Origin: Eledone cirrhosa
Lineage: Eukaryota
Reading direction: 5' to 3'
Length of the DNA: 64,000 nucleotides
NCBI GenBank assembly: GCA_964016885.1
Contig: OZ024741.1
Location: 155,744,001-155,808,000, forward strand
In this document: positions 1-12,270 of the stretch, in pieces
Position numbering within the stretch: position 1 is the first letter of the stretch
How the letters are laid out: each line of letters starts with the position of its first letter
The notes under the pieces: model-generated
The model's database searches: none
The model's input: the letters and a program-made list of their open reading frames with translations, nothing else
Told to the model about the DNA's origin: nothing
Made by a program: the position numbers and the translations under genes

Positions 1-774
1 AAAAGGCATTGTTACATGATGAATGACTTGTTCATACCTTTCCAGGTGTTGATGTAGTTCTAAAATATATTTGAGTTTCATAGTTTGTGAGATCATTCAG
101 CAAATTAACACTCATACAGATTTAAATGAGAATCATGATAACCCACAAAATCCTAAAAGCTCTCTGCCTACAGGATGTAGAGAGCAGTGTTCTGAAAATG
201 ATACTGTTTGAGGAGTTCATTCAAGATTTTTAAGATTTTCGAAAGACTTTTTGTCGGTATTGTAGTGATACATATCACTATAAGTTGGCATAACTTACTG
301 TACTTAGTTTAGATAACGCTGTGTGTTGATAGATGCATTTCATCTTGTTACAGTGGATTTGATACGTTTTGGTCTAAGCTAAAATCTCTGTGGTAGCCTT
401 GTCACTAACATGTCAGTACATTTATATGTAATATTTAACATTTACCTATTGCGTATATATTATGTATATTCTCATTTAACTTTCATGTATTAATATCTAT
501 TTCCATGTTACATTTATGGATTTACATTTATGTATTACTAATGGGTTTTTAGCATTTAGCATTTGTTTGTATGTATATTTTATGTTATATTGTCAGCTAG
601 ATGACGTGTTGTTGAATCGGTAAATTCATATAACTACATCCGTCTCGACTTGCCAATTAAATGAGTTTTTCCATTTTTTTTTTTTGTTTTCAACTAATTT
701 GGTCTCCGGTCGAAAAGTAACGATAAAATAGGTGTGAAGTCATGTACAATATATATATGCGTTTGCCGTACGCG

Positions 775-817
<43 letters not shown>

Positions 818-2595
818 ACACACACACACACAGAGACACACACACACACACATACACACACACACATATATGAAGGTAGTTAAGGCTTTATTTATGTCTA
901 TCCGGAATGAATGTTTAAACAAGAACGCTGCTTACCAGAGAGATTGACTAAGCGGTATGTCTTGAATCGTATAGCATAGATATCCAAGCAGGCGATTATG
1001 GTATATGTAAAATATCATAGAGTAGATTAATATAAGAAAGTGTTGCACCAAGAAAAAAAAGTCGTCGGCGTGAAGAGATTATGCATTTATAATAACCACA
1101 GAAACATGTTTCTGTGTCTATTATAAATTATCTACATACGCTGACTGAAATATATATTGTTCAATCATATGCAATATTTAAATATTTACTACATTTCACC
1201 AGAAAGGCTATACTAGTGGAATTCAACTATTCACTACGAGGTAGAATTCAGTACTGAGATTTTTGTTTAAGAAAATGTAAACAAGTTAAAAATAGTATGA
1301 TATACACTAAGTTAATGTGAGAGTAGAGAGAAGTGGGGGTGGCGTAAAGAGTTTAACACTATCAATCCGTGTGCTGTGATTTGGAACAATTATTCTTTGA
1401 CCATTGTTATAGGTGAAAGTTTTGATGTTTACCATATATAGGAGTAGAGAATTTATGAATAGAGGGACAGAGAAAGATAAGGTAGAGATTAAGAGTAGAC
1501 TAGAGTGTATAAGGTGGAAAGGAATTAAGAAAATGGGATTGTTTTGAATACTACTGAATCCATTGGGCGAGAAAAGTTCAAATGCCACAGTAAATGTACC
1601 AAATAGGATAGAGTAAAACATAGCTCACTATGTCTATCAACGACGGGAACTCTTTTCCCGTAACACTCAGCTATCCACCGCTGACCACCGAACAGGTCCC
1701 TGAAATCTTTGTCTTGTATAGTATGAACAGCACATTTTTCTTCATGGATCTCCCTGTTCACCTGTTGCACACTCACAGCGCATGGTGTTCTCGTACTACC
1801 AAACGGTACCTCGTCATCACTCACTGTAACGCCTCCTAAGCAGCCAATCCTATCCATTCCCATTGCCACATCAATTCCATCCACCACGTTGTCGATCACG
1901 ATCAGCCGCAGCCTTATTTTCATTCCTCGTGCCACCACCTTCACCTCACTCCATCTAATCTCCCTACAGCCGACTGTCTTTACACTACTCATCCCGCTCC
2001 TCTTTTTGACCAACTTCGAAATCACTAAGATCGTTTTGTAGCTCGTGTCAACATGGGCTAGTGACAACTTCCACCTGCACAAGAAGCACCTCTACGGGTA
2101 GCGACTGCAAGAACACCTCTACTCGCTTCTGAGCGTAGCTACCGGCTCAGTAAATCCCCTTTGACCGTTCCCTGTTCGTAATTGTTGGCGATGTGGCCTA
2201 CCCGCATACACAAGTAGCACATTATTTCAGGATTCGGCTACTTGTATTCAAAGACCTTTGAATGCCGGCGGTCGAGCGTTCATGGGGGTTCTTCTCCCGT
2301 TCCTTTTGTCGATCGTCGATCGTCGCCGACCGCTTTGGGCTTCCGTGGCTGCTAACGCTGCAACGTTCTGCTCAACGCCTCGTGTCACTACGAGGGTCTG
2401 TGTGATTAGCTGACTCATGGCTATTTTGTTGTTGCCCGACAACTGTTGGAGCCTCACCGAATTTCATCGGACAAACCGTTCACGAGGATCATTCGTGCGG
2501 TTCTTTCTAGATTCTCTCTTGTGAAAATTTTCACCGCGAACATGTTCAGCTGCTCTCCCATCGATTTCGCACTCAAGCGGACATTGACCTACCTG

Positions 2596-2848
2596 GTGCA
2601 GATCCTGGCCGAGATCGAACATCAGACCCCGAGCAAGATGGCTGGATAACATACATGAGCTCGATTGGTCTGCTTGGGTATCCAGCCGGATCAGTTGGAG
2701 TTGGTTGCTTTTGACATGAGCCGCTGGAAGGAGTGTTTGAAGACTCTGCTCCCACAATCCTCTGAAGAAGAAGAAGAAGAAGAAGAAGAAGAAGAAGAAG
2801 AAGAAGAAGAAGAAGAAGAAGAAGAAGAAGAAGAAGAAGAAGAAGAAG

Positions 2849-2878
<30 letters not shown>
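2596..2878 (+). mobile_element. 5'-truncated RTE-clade LINE 3' end with (GAA)n tail
   Basis: Joining frames gives ...PRARWLDNIHELDWS/LGIQPDQLELVAFDMSRWKECLKTLLPQSS, similar to the RTE ORF C-terminus. It is followed directly by a pure GAA run (2764-2877). Confidence 0.6.
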
Positions 2879-2879
<1 letters not shown>

Positions 2880-3676
2880 TGTAGTAGTATTAGTGCTCTC
2901 TCCAGAGATGCATCAATGGACTCCTAAATCAAACTAAGGATACAAGAAGCATTCAGTAGATTTGAGGGACAAATCTGGTAGGTCAGAGCCATCTCGACAT
3001 GCCCTAAGATAAGTCCTGATTGCTATCTTGTACGCTTCTGAGGCTTCGTTCTCAGGCCGGCAGCATGTCAAGATATTAAATGGATTCCATAAAAATGCCT
3101 AAGGCGTATCTCGAACATTAACTTGCAGTTATTTACAGCTCACACCGATATTCTATAGAGGGCCAATACTTGCACTGGAGAGGACATTTAAGCTGGATGT
3201 GGTATGAGATTGACTAAGCAAATTTGGTGTGGAGTGCTAACTCTTGAAAAAGGCCCAGACAACCACAAGAAGCGATTCAGGAATGTTGTTGAATGCAACC
3301 CTAAGAGTCTTAGAAATAGTGTCGAGGCAGAGAGAAGATCTGGCTGAAGATGGTTGTAATCACTTTGAGGTCAAACGAATTGAACATTCAGTGTTTAAAA
3401 GAGTCTTTAGGAAAGCTGATGTAGGCTCTGCCGCGGTGGAGGATGTCTGTAACTTCTCCGGAAAGGATTTTCCTTTTAGTGCTCAGGTTGCTAGTAATTT
3501 AAGAGGTCACAGCAATCAGCTGTTTGCGGCCGATTATGTGGATGTCCTCTCTGAAAGGCCAGTGACGTATTCATGTCAGATATCAACATCGGATTCTAAA
3601 GTTGTTCTAAATTATATAAAGATGGGGTAGAACACTCACACACACACACACAAACACACACACATGAATCTGTCTG

Positions 3677-3748
<72 letters not shown>

Positions 3749-3896
3749 AGTATTAAGTTGTTAAACAATATTCGATGATTATGTCAATAAATGAGTTTTA
3801 CAGTAGATTGGAAGCGCTCAACGGAGATAAAAAAATTATTTTCAGTTATTAATATTAAAATATAAGTATTAATAAAATAGATGTTCTTTTGATCAA

Positions 3897-3957
3897 TTAC
3901 ATTTTATTATACATATTTCGGATGTACAACAGTACGTCCTCATCAGACAAAATATAA
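3897..3957 (-). ncRNA. Type I hammerhead ribozyme
   Basis: Minus strand: AUUUUGU CUGAUGA GGACGUAC..GUACAUCC GAAA UAUGUA UA^ AUAAAAU. Core intact and stem I pairs. Confidence 0.85.
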
Positions 3958-4624
3958 TGATACATGACATACCCTGAGATGGTAAATTATTAAGATTTAA
4001 TCAAGGTTGTGATTACCTGATAGAAAATTTTACTTATATATCTGTGTGAGATTGCGAAAACGTAATGAATTCATTAGAGAATGTGTGAGTAAGAAAAAAC
4101 GTTGCATACTTAAAGTGTTCTAAAATTTTAAATTGTATGATACTACAAAATATCTAGGGAAACGTTTCATGAATCATAACAGCCAGTGACAGCCACTGGA
4201 AAAAGATTTATAAGGAGGGAAAGATAAAGTGTGGTTTTTTTTTTCGAAAGTTAAACGGTTAGAATTTGAAAATATTTAATTCACATTACTATTATAAATT
4301 AAATATTTTCAAATTCTAACCGTTTAATTTTCGAAACAAAAACTCCAGACTTTATCTTTCCCCCCTTATAAATCTTTTTCCAGTGGCTATCACTGGCTGT
4401 TATGATTCATTAGACGTTTCCCTAGATATTTTGTAGTATCATACAATTTAAAATTTTAGAACACTTTAAGTATGCAACGTTTTTTCTTACTCACACATTC
4501 TCTAATGAATTCATTACGTTTTTGCACTCTCACACATATATTATATAGGTAAAATTTTCTATCGGGTAATCACTATCTTCATTAAATCTAAACCATTTAA
4601 CATCTCAGGGTATGTCATGTATCA

Positions 4625-4692
4625 TTATATTTTGTCTGATGAGGACGTACTGTTCTCTGTTGTACATCCGAAATATGTATAACAGAATGTAA
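4625..4692 (+). ncRNA. Type I hammerhead ribozyme
   Basis: AUUUUGU CUGAUGA GGACGUAC..GUACAUCC GAAA UAUGUA UA^ ACAGAAU. Intact core with a near-palindromic minimal stem III. Confidence 0.85.
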
Positions 4693-4727
4693 TTGATCAA
4701 AAGAACATCTATTTTATTAATACTTAT

Positions 4728-4764
<37 letters not shown>

Positions 4765-4955
4765 GGTTTGAGGTTCACCACTGTATAGAGCTGGTCTATT
4801 CCGTATGGTCAATCGTAATGCAATAATATAGAGAGTACTCAACGTAAGACAGTTCAACCTTCTTTGTTTTTGTAGTTGGTGGTGCTATTACGGAGTTAAA
4901 TATTATAATGAAATGACAGGATGCTGGATTTGTGTAAATCCTTGAAAGGTTTATT

Positions 4956-5013
4956 ATACTATGATCATTTCAATGACCGGGTTCCGTGTGAATCCGGTGA
5001 TATCATCAGGTAT
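4956..5013 (-). ncRNA. Type I hammerhead ribozyme (family A)
   Basis: AUAC CUGAUGA U-AUCACCGG..CCGGUCAU-U GAAA UGAUCA UA^ GUAU, with a palindromic UGAUCA loop III. Confidence 0.8.
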
Positions 5014-5551
5014 TCGAAATATAATACGTGAATGTAATAGATAAAATCCATGGGGCTGAAAATCGAGGACCCGAGGGCGACCGCTATTCTGTTCCTTCAG
5101 CTTCAGCCGGTCGCCCTGGAGTGACGTGGCTAAAGTTTATAGTATGCTACTACCGGTCAGATAAACGAGAACAGAAAGGGATGGGAACATAAGTTAACGT
5201 CGATCTCATGACACAAGGTAAAAGAAAGAAAGAAAGGAAGGAGAGAGAAGGGGGAAGACAGAAGAGAAGAAGCCAGGTTTAATGTCAGCTAAAAGAAGAA
5301 AGGCAACTACTACCGGTCAGATATAGGCAAGCAAGAGGGGAAGGAAGATAAGTCTGCGGGAGGAAGACAGGAAGAGGGAAGAAGAGAAGGAAGAGAAGAG
5401 AGAAGTAGAAAAGTAAGGGTTGATGGCTACAAGAAGGAAGATAGAAAGAAAGAGGAAGAGAGGTCGATATTAATGTCAAACCACAGTCAGGCCAGGAGTG
5501 GCGCGAGAAAATTTTCACAGGGACCCGCATCTTAGCAGAGGTGAATATATT

Positions 5552-5695
5552 TGTTTCTACTTTAGGCACAAGGCCAGCAATTAACCAGTTCATTACTGGT
5601 ACTTCATTTCATCGACCCCGTAAGGATGAAAGGCAAAGTCAACCTCGGCGGGATTTGAACTCAGATCGTAAAGGGACGAAACTATGCTGGAAAGC
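5552..5695 (-). mobile_element. tRNA-derived SINE, 5'-truncated
   Basis: B-box GAGTTCAAATCC on the minus strand and a 13-bp TSD AGGTGAATATATT (5539-5551, 5696-5708). Absent from the sister arm at ~8320. Confidence 0.9.
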
Positions 5696-8600
5696 AGGTG
5701 AATATATTGGGAGTCAGTGTGTTACAGTGTTTAGACTTCTAGGATGAAGTTAAACAAATTAATAATCAATATTCAATATTAAAGAGGTTAGAGAATTTAA
5801 AGTTCAACAGTTTAACATTTTATTATATAATAGTTCCGATTTGTTCTGTAATTTAAAGGTACTATGTGGCGGTTAAAACACCGGCCGCGCCCCATGGCGA
5901 ATTAAGCTACGCCGAGTATTTTCATTTACCGAAAGAAGGGGAAATTTATTTTTCCAAGCACTCCAGGTGAGCTCGTTCGCCAGGGAGCTGGTCGCGCCGC
6001 CATTAAAACCCTACCAACAGTCCGACAGAAAGTTGGAACTTTAAAATTTTGCTTAGAGAAGTAGAAGAGTAATGGTTGATGGCTACAAGAAGGAAGATAG
6101 AAAGAGAGAGGAAGGAAGGTCGATATTAATGTCACACCACAGTCGGGCCAGGAGTAGCGCGAGAAAATTTTCACAGGGACCCGCATCTTAGCAGAGGTGA
6201 ATATATTGGGGGTCAGTGTGTTACAATGTTTAGACTTATAGGATGAAGTTAAAAACTTAATAATCAATATTCCATATTAAAGAGGTTAGAAAATTTAAAG
6301 TTCAACAGTTTAACACTTTCAGGTTGATATATCTAATAGTTCCGATTTGTTCTGTAATTTAAAGGTACTATGTGGCGGTTAAAACACCGGCCGGGCCCCA
6401 TGGCGAATTAAGCTACGCCGAGTATTTTCATTTACCGAAAGAAGGGGAAATTTATTTTTCCAAGCACTCAAGGTGAGCTCGTTCGCCAGGGAGCTGGTCG
6501 CGCCGCCACTAAAACCCACCCAACAGTCCGACAGAAAGTTGGAACCTTAGAATTTTGCTTGACTCTATCGGATGAAGTTGAAAGAATTCAGAATAACATT
6601 ATAAATCTAAGGAGTAAGAAGATTGAGAATTGAACAAACAGAAAATTGAAGATTAAACATTTAAATAACTTCTATGAGGTTTTGGGTTGCGGGGTTTAAT
6701 TAAATAGAGTCTTTTATGAAGAAACGTTAATTGTATTATGTAGATCTGTAATTTATCCTAGTGGGATGTAGAGTACGGGATATAGTCGTGTAATGTTTAA
6801 TTTTTGTTCTCAGGAGGAGACATTCTAGAGTCGTGTGCTAATGGGTACAGGTCCCAATGTGAGGAGTAGAAATACATGGATACAAAGAAGTGGAATACGT
6901 GGAAGAGCCCATTGGTACAGCAGAGGTATAAATACATAAACATATCAATATATAGGTATAAACATGTAAATAAACCAACAAGAGTGGTGTTGGAGTAAGA
7001 TGGAGAAATCAAGACATATTAGAATTACAATATAGTTCAGGTTGCAGTATTTATGTTCCGGGGGTGGGGGGGGGGGGGCAATCCTGTGTCGTGTGCTAAG
7101 GGTACACGCGAGTAAAAGTCCGAATAAGGGAAGTAAAAAGTACATGGATGTATAGAGGTAGAGTACGTGGAAAGGCATTAATACAGCAAACAAAGATGTG
7201 AAGATATAGATAAAAAAACAATAGTCGTTGTCTAGTAAATGTAGAGTTCAAGACACAGGAGAAATACAATATAGTTCAGGTTGCAGTATTTATGTTCCCA
7301 GGGGGAGATATTCCAGTGACGTGTGCTAAGGGTACACGCGAGTAAAAGTCCGAATAAGGGAAGTAGAAAGTACATCTTTGTTTGCTGTATTAATGCCTTT
7401 CCACGTACTCTACCTCTATACATCCACGTACTTTTTACTTCCCCTATTCGGACTTTTACTCGCGTGCACCCTTAGCACACGACATAGGATTGCCCCCCCC
7501 CCCCCGGGAACATAAATACTGCAACCTGAACTATATTGTAATTCTCCTATGTCTTGATTTCTCCATCTTACTCCAACACCACTCTTGTTGGTTTATTTAC
7601 ATGTTTATACCTATATATTGATATGTTTATATATTTATACCTCTGCTGTACCAATGGGCTCTTCCACGTATTTCACTTCTATGTATCCATGTATTTCTAC
7701 TCCTCACATAGGGACCTGTACCCATTAGCACACGACACTAGAATGTCTCCTCCTGAGAACAAAAATTAAACATTACACGACTATATCCCGTACTCTACAT
7801 CCCACTCGGATAAATTACAGATCTACATAATACAATTACGTTTCTTCATAAAAGACTCTCCTAACCCAAAACCTCATAGAAGTTATTTGAATGTTTAATC
7901 TTCAATTTTCTGTTTGTTCAATTCTCAATCTTCTTACTCCTTAGTTTTATAATGTTATTCTGAATTCTTTCAACTTCATCCGATAGAGTTAAGCAAAATT
8001 CTAATGTTCCAACTTTCTGTCGGACTGTTGGTTGGGTTTTAGCGGCGACGCGACCAGCTCCCTGGCGAACGAGCTCACCCTTCTTTCGGTAAATGAAAAT
8101 ACTCGGCGTAGCTTAATTCGCCATGGGGCCCGGGGCGCGGCCGGTGTTTTAACCGCCACATAGTACCTTTAAATTACAGAACAAATCGGAACTATTAGAT
8201 AATAAAATGTTAAACTGTTGAACTTTAAATTCTCTAACCTCTTTAATATTGAATATTGATTATTAATTTTTTTAACTTCATCCTAGAAGTCTAAACACTG
8301 TAACACACTGACTCCCAATATATTCACCTCTGCTAAGATGCGGGTCCCTGTGAACATTTTCTCGCGCCACTCCTGGCCTGACTGTGGTCTGACATTAATA
8401 TCGACCTCTCTTCCTCTTTCTTTCTATCTTCCTTCTTGTAGCCATCAACCCTTACTTTTTTACTTCTCTCTTCTCCCCTCTTCCTGTCTTCCTCCCGCAG
8501 ACTTATCTTCCTTCCCCTCTTGCTTGCCTATATCTGACCGGTAGTAGTTGCCTTTCTTCTTTTAACTGACATTAAACCTGGCTTCTCTACTTCTTTCTTC

Positions 8601-8840
8601 CCCCTTCTCTCTTCTTCCTTTCTTTCTTTCTTTTACCTTGTGTCATGAGATCGACGTTAACTTATGTTCTCATCCCTTTCTGTTCTCGTTTATCTGACCG
8701 GCAGTAGCATACTATAAACTTTAGCCACGTCACTCCAGGGTGACCGTCTGAAGTTGAAGGAACAGAATAGCGGTCGCCCTCGGGTCCTCGATTTTCAGCC
8801 CCATGGATTTTATCTATTACATTCACGTATTATATTTCGA

Positions 8841-8898
8841 ATACCTGATGATATCACCGGATTCAGACGGAACCCGGTCATTGAAATGATCATAGTAT
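8841..8898 (+). ncRNA. Type I hammerhead ribozyme (family A)
   Basis: AUAC CUGAUGA...GAAA UGAUCA UA^ GUAU with an intact core. The third copy at 11236-11293 has GAAA>AAAA and a damaged stem II. Confidence 0.8.
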
Positions 8899-11340
8899 AA
8901 TAAACCTTTCAAGGATTTACACAAATCCAGCCTCCTGTCATTCCATTATAATGTTTAACTCCGTAATAGCACCACCAACTACAAAAACAAAGACGGTTGA
9001 ACTGCCTTACGTTGAGTACTCTCTATATTATTGCATTACGATTGACCATACGGAATAGACCAGCTCTATACAGTGGTGAACCTCAAACCTGAATAAATAA
9101 TGCTCCTGAAATGTTGCGCACTTCAAAATGTAATAATGAACAGCGGCATGGGACTGAATATATCTAACCACAATTCGAACTTTGGCTACCCGGTGTTTTC
9201 GCCTGGCCCATTGCTACTCCCCTCTCAGAATATCCGAACTTCGACGAAACTCCACGGATTAGACCACAACATGTATTGTACTGCACTGTATTAACTAAAT
9301 CGCTACCCTATACTTCTGGGCATGTATAACTCACACTGAACTCCCAGACTCGAACACACACACTGTTTCCACATCTATATGCATTATCTGACTGCAACTT
9401 GAATTACATTGTATTTCTCCTGTGCCTTGAACTCTTCATTTAATAGACAACGACTCTTGTTTGTTTATTTATATCTTTACATCTTTATTTGCTGTATTAA
9501 TGCTACTCCACGTATTCTACGTCTATACATCCATGTACTTTCTACTTCCCTTATTCGGACTTTTACTCGCGTGTACCCTTAGCACACGTCACTGGAATAT
9601 CTCCCCCTGGGAACATAAATACCGCAACCTGAACTATATTGTATTTCTCCTGTGTCTTGAACTCTACATTTACTAGACAACGACTATTGTTTGTTTATCT
9701 ATATCTTCACATCTTTGTTTGCTGTATTAATGCCTTTCCACGCACTCTACCTCTATACATCCATGTACTTTTTACTTACCTTATTCGGACTTTTACTCGC
9801 GTGCACCCTTAGCACACGACACAGGATTGCCCCCCCCCCCGGAATATAAATACTGCAACCTGAACTATATTGTAATTCTCCTATGTCTTGATTTCTCCAT
9901 CTTACTCCAACACCACTCTTGTTGGTTTATTTACATGTTTATACCTATATATTGATATGTTTATATATTTATACCTTTGCTGTACCAATGTGCTCTCCCA
10001 CGTATTCCACTTCTATGTATCCATGTATTTCTACTCCTCACATTGGGACCTGTACCCATTAGCACACGACACTAGAATGTCTCCTCCTGAGAACAAAAAT
10101 TAAACATTACACGACTATATCCCGTACTCTACATCCCACTAGGATAAATTACAGATCTACATAATACAATTAACGTTTCTTCATAAAAGACTCTATTTAA
10201 TTAAACCCCGCAACCCCAAACCTCATAGAAGTTATTTGAATGTTTAATCTTTAATTTTCTGTTAGTTCAATTCTCAATCTTCTTACTCCTTAGTTTTATA
10301 ATGTTATTCTGAATTCTTTCAACTTCATCCGATAGAGTTAAGCAAAATTCTAAGGTTCCAACTTTCTGTCGGACTGTTGGGTGGGTTTTAGCGGCGGCGC
10401 GACCAGCTCCCTGGCGAACGAGCTCACCTTGAGTGCTTACAAAATAAATTTCCCCTTCTTTCGGTAAATGAAAATACTCGGCGTGGCTTAATTCGCTATG
10501 GGGCCCGGGGCGCGGCCGGTGTTTTAACCGCCACATAGTACCTTTAAATTATAGAACAAATCGGAACTATTAGATATATCAACCTGAAAGTGTTAAACTG
10601 TTGAACTTTAAATTTTCTAACCTCTTTAATATGGAACATTGATTATTAATTTTTTAACTTCATCCTATAAGTCTAAACATTGTAACACACTGACCCCCAA
10701 TATATTCACCTCTGCTAAGATGCGGGTCCCTGTGAAAATTTTCTCGCGCCACTCCTGGCCCGACTGTGGTGTGACATTAATATCGACCTCTCTTTCTTTC
10801 TTTCTATCTTCCTTCTTGTAGCCATCAATCCTTACTTTTCTACTTCTCTCTTCTCTTCCTTCTCTTCTCCCCTCTTCCTGTCTTCCTCACGCAGACTTAT
10901 CTTCCTTCCCCCTCTTGCTTGCCTATATCTGACCGGTAGTAGTTGCCTTTCTTCTTTTAGCAGACATTAAACCTGGCTTCACTTCTTCTTTCTTCCCCCT
11001 TCTCTCTCCTTCCTTTCTTTCTTTCTTTTACCTTGTGTCATGAGATCGACGTTAACTTATGTTGCCATCCCTTTCTGTTCTCGTTTATCTGACCGGTAGT
11101 AGCATACTATAAACTTTAGCCACGTCACTCCAGGGCGACCGGCTGAAGTTGAAGTAACAGAATAGCGGTCGCCCTCGGGTCCTCGATTTTCAGCCCCATG
11201 GATTTTATCTATTACATTCACATATTATATTTCGAATACCTGATGATATTACAGGATTCATACGGAACCCAGTCATTAAAATGATCATAGTATAATAAAC
11301 CTTTCAAGGATTTACACAAATCCAGCCTCCTGTCATTTCC

Positions 11341-11403
<63 letters not shown>

Positions 11404-11599
11404 ATACTTGGGGAGGGTCATATTTGTGTAATATTGCCAGAATTAATAACAGAACACACTCATTGTTTGGTTGGTTTTCGCTTCTCGCTGTCTTTTATAT
11501 CGGTAATCTAACTTACTCGGTCCTCAATGTTGCCATTGACTGACCGACGGTCAAAAATAATACAGATACAATATAGACACAAACACATATATATAGTTT

Positions 11600-11641
11600 A
11601 TCATAAATCTTTCGTTGCACATCTGCAACATCGTCAGTGGT
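11600..11641 (-). ncRNA. Type I hammerhead ribozyme in PLE pseudo-LTR
   Basis: ACCA CUGACGA U GUUGCA GAUG UGCAAC GAAA GAUU UA^ UGAU. Stem I has one mismatch. Confidence 0.7.
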
Positions 11642-11873
11642 GTTATATTTTCCTCCTGTTGTGTTGTATGTCTACGCCATTTTTTATTCAGTCTGTCTAT
11701 ATATTTCTTTATTTATTTGCTTGTTTGTTTATTTTATTTTGTCTTCTTTGCGCATGCGTTTGCATGTGTGTATAGTGTTATGTTTGCTGTGTGATGGGTA
11801 ACTAGTGTGTGTTTATGTGCTTGTTGTTATTGTGCTTGTGTATATATTTATTTATCTTATTTTATTAACTTAT

Positions 11874-12270
11874 TTATACTTCTCTTAGGTCAGTGTTGTT
11901 TGTTTGGGTGTTGTTGTTATTCCATTCATTCTCTCTGTTTAGCTTTGGTCTTCTAATTTCTATTTCATTGGCCTCTCTGATTTGCCTATCTGCTGGGTCA
12001 TTTCTATGTTTAGATATTATTCTAATTTCTATGTTGTCTATGTTACCGTCATGTTGTTGTCTAGCATGTTCGTATAGTACTGACCCGTTTTTTCGTCCTT
12101 TTAGTTCCCCCCAGTGTTGGTCTATCCTTTCACCTTTGCTACGAGCTGTCTCACCTATGTATGTTGTTGTCGTGTTTCTGCAAGTACCCTCTGTACATCT
12201 TATGCTATAGACTACGTTTCTAGTTTTACAGTTTATCCGGGGGTTCACCTTACATATGATACATTTCCTA
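11874..12270 (-). pseudogene. Inverted copy of the PLE GIY-YIG endonuclease C-terminus, including the natural stop
   Basis: NCKTRNVVYSIRC..YIGETARS.GERIDQH...RQIREANEIEIRRPKLNRENEW; nearly identical to 13540-13760. Confidence 0.9.

Larger units (their letters stand above)
3750..4735. mobile_element. Fold-back PLE pseudo-LTR insertion in (AT)n with an HHR in each arm
   Basis: About 3855-4281 is the reverse complement of about 4297-4735. The left arm has an extra ~100 bp tail (3750-3855). (AT)n lies on both sides. Related to 16945-17325 and 17390-17610. Confidence 0.85.
4762..11347. mobile_element. Long non-coding HHR retroelement (family A): inverted copy, partial copy and near-full unit
   Basis: 4762-~7375 is inverted relative to ~7376-9095 and 9096-11347, which are head-to-tail. 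HHR near each 3' end, three ~231-bp internal repeats (from 9392, 9622, 9853), no long ORF, (AT)n flanks. Confidence 0.85.

Noticed and set aside
2665-2937. Poly-glutamate protein ORF
   Set aside because: The E-run is the (GAA)n tail of an RTE fragment.
1300-3630. ORFs at 1525-2082 and 3244-3630 as host exons
   Set aside because: No recognisable domain or convincing splice context; probably decayed repeat sequence.
3750-9095. Fold-backs as sequencing or assembly chimeras
   Set aside because: Arms differ by many substitutions, indels and an arm-specific SINE with a TSD, so they are old genomic structures.
10267-10536. 89-aa ORF and related short ORFs repeated in families A and B
   Set aside because: They are antisense to the HHR strand and the shared core is read in different frames in A and B, so conservation is better explained by RNA structure.
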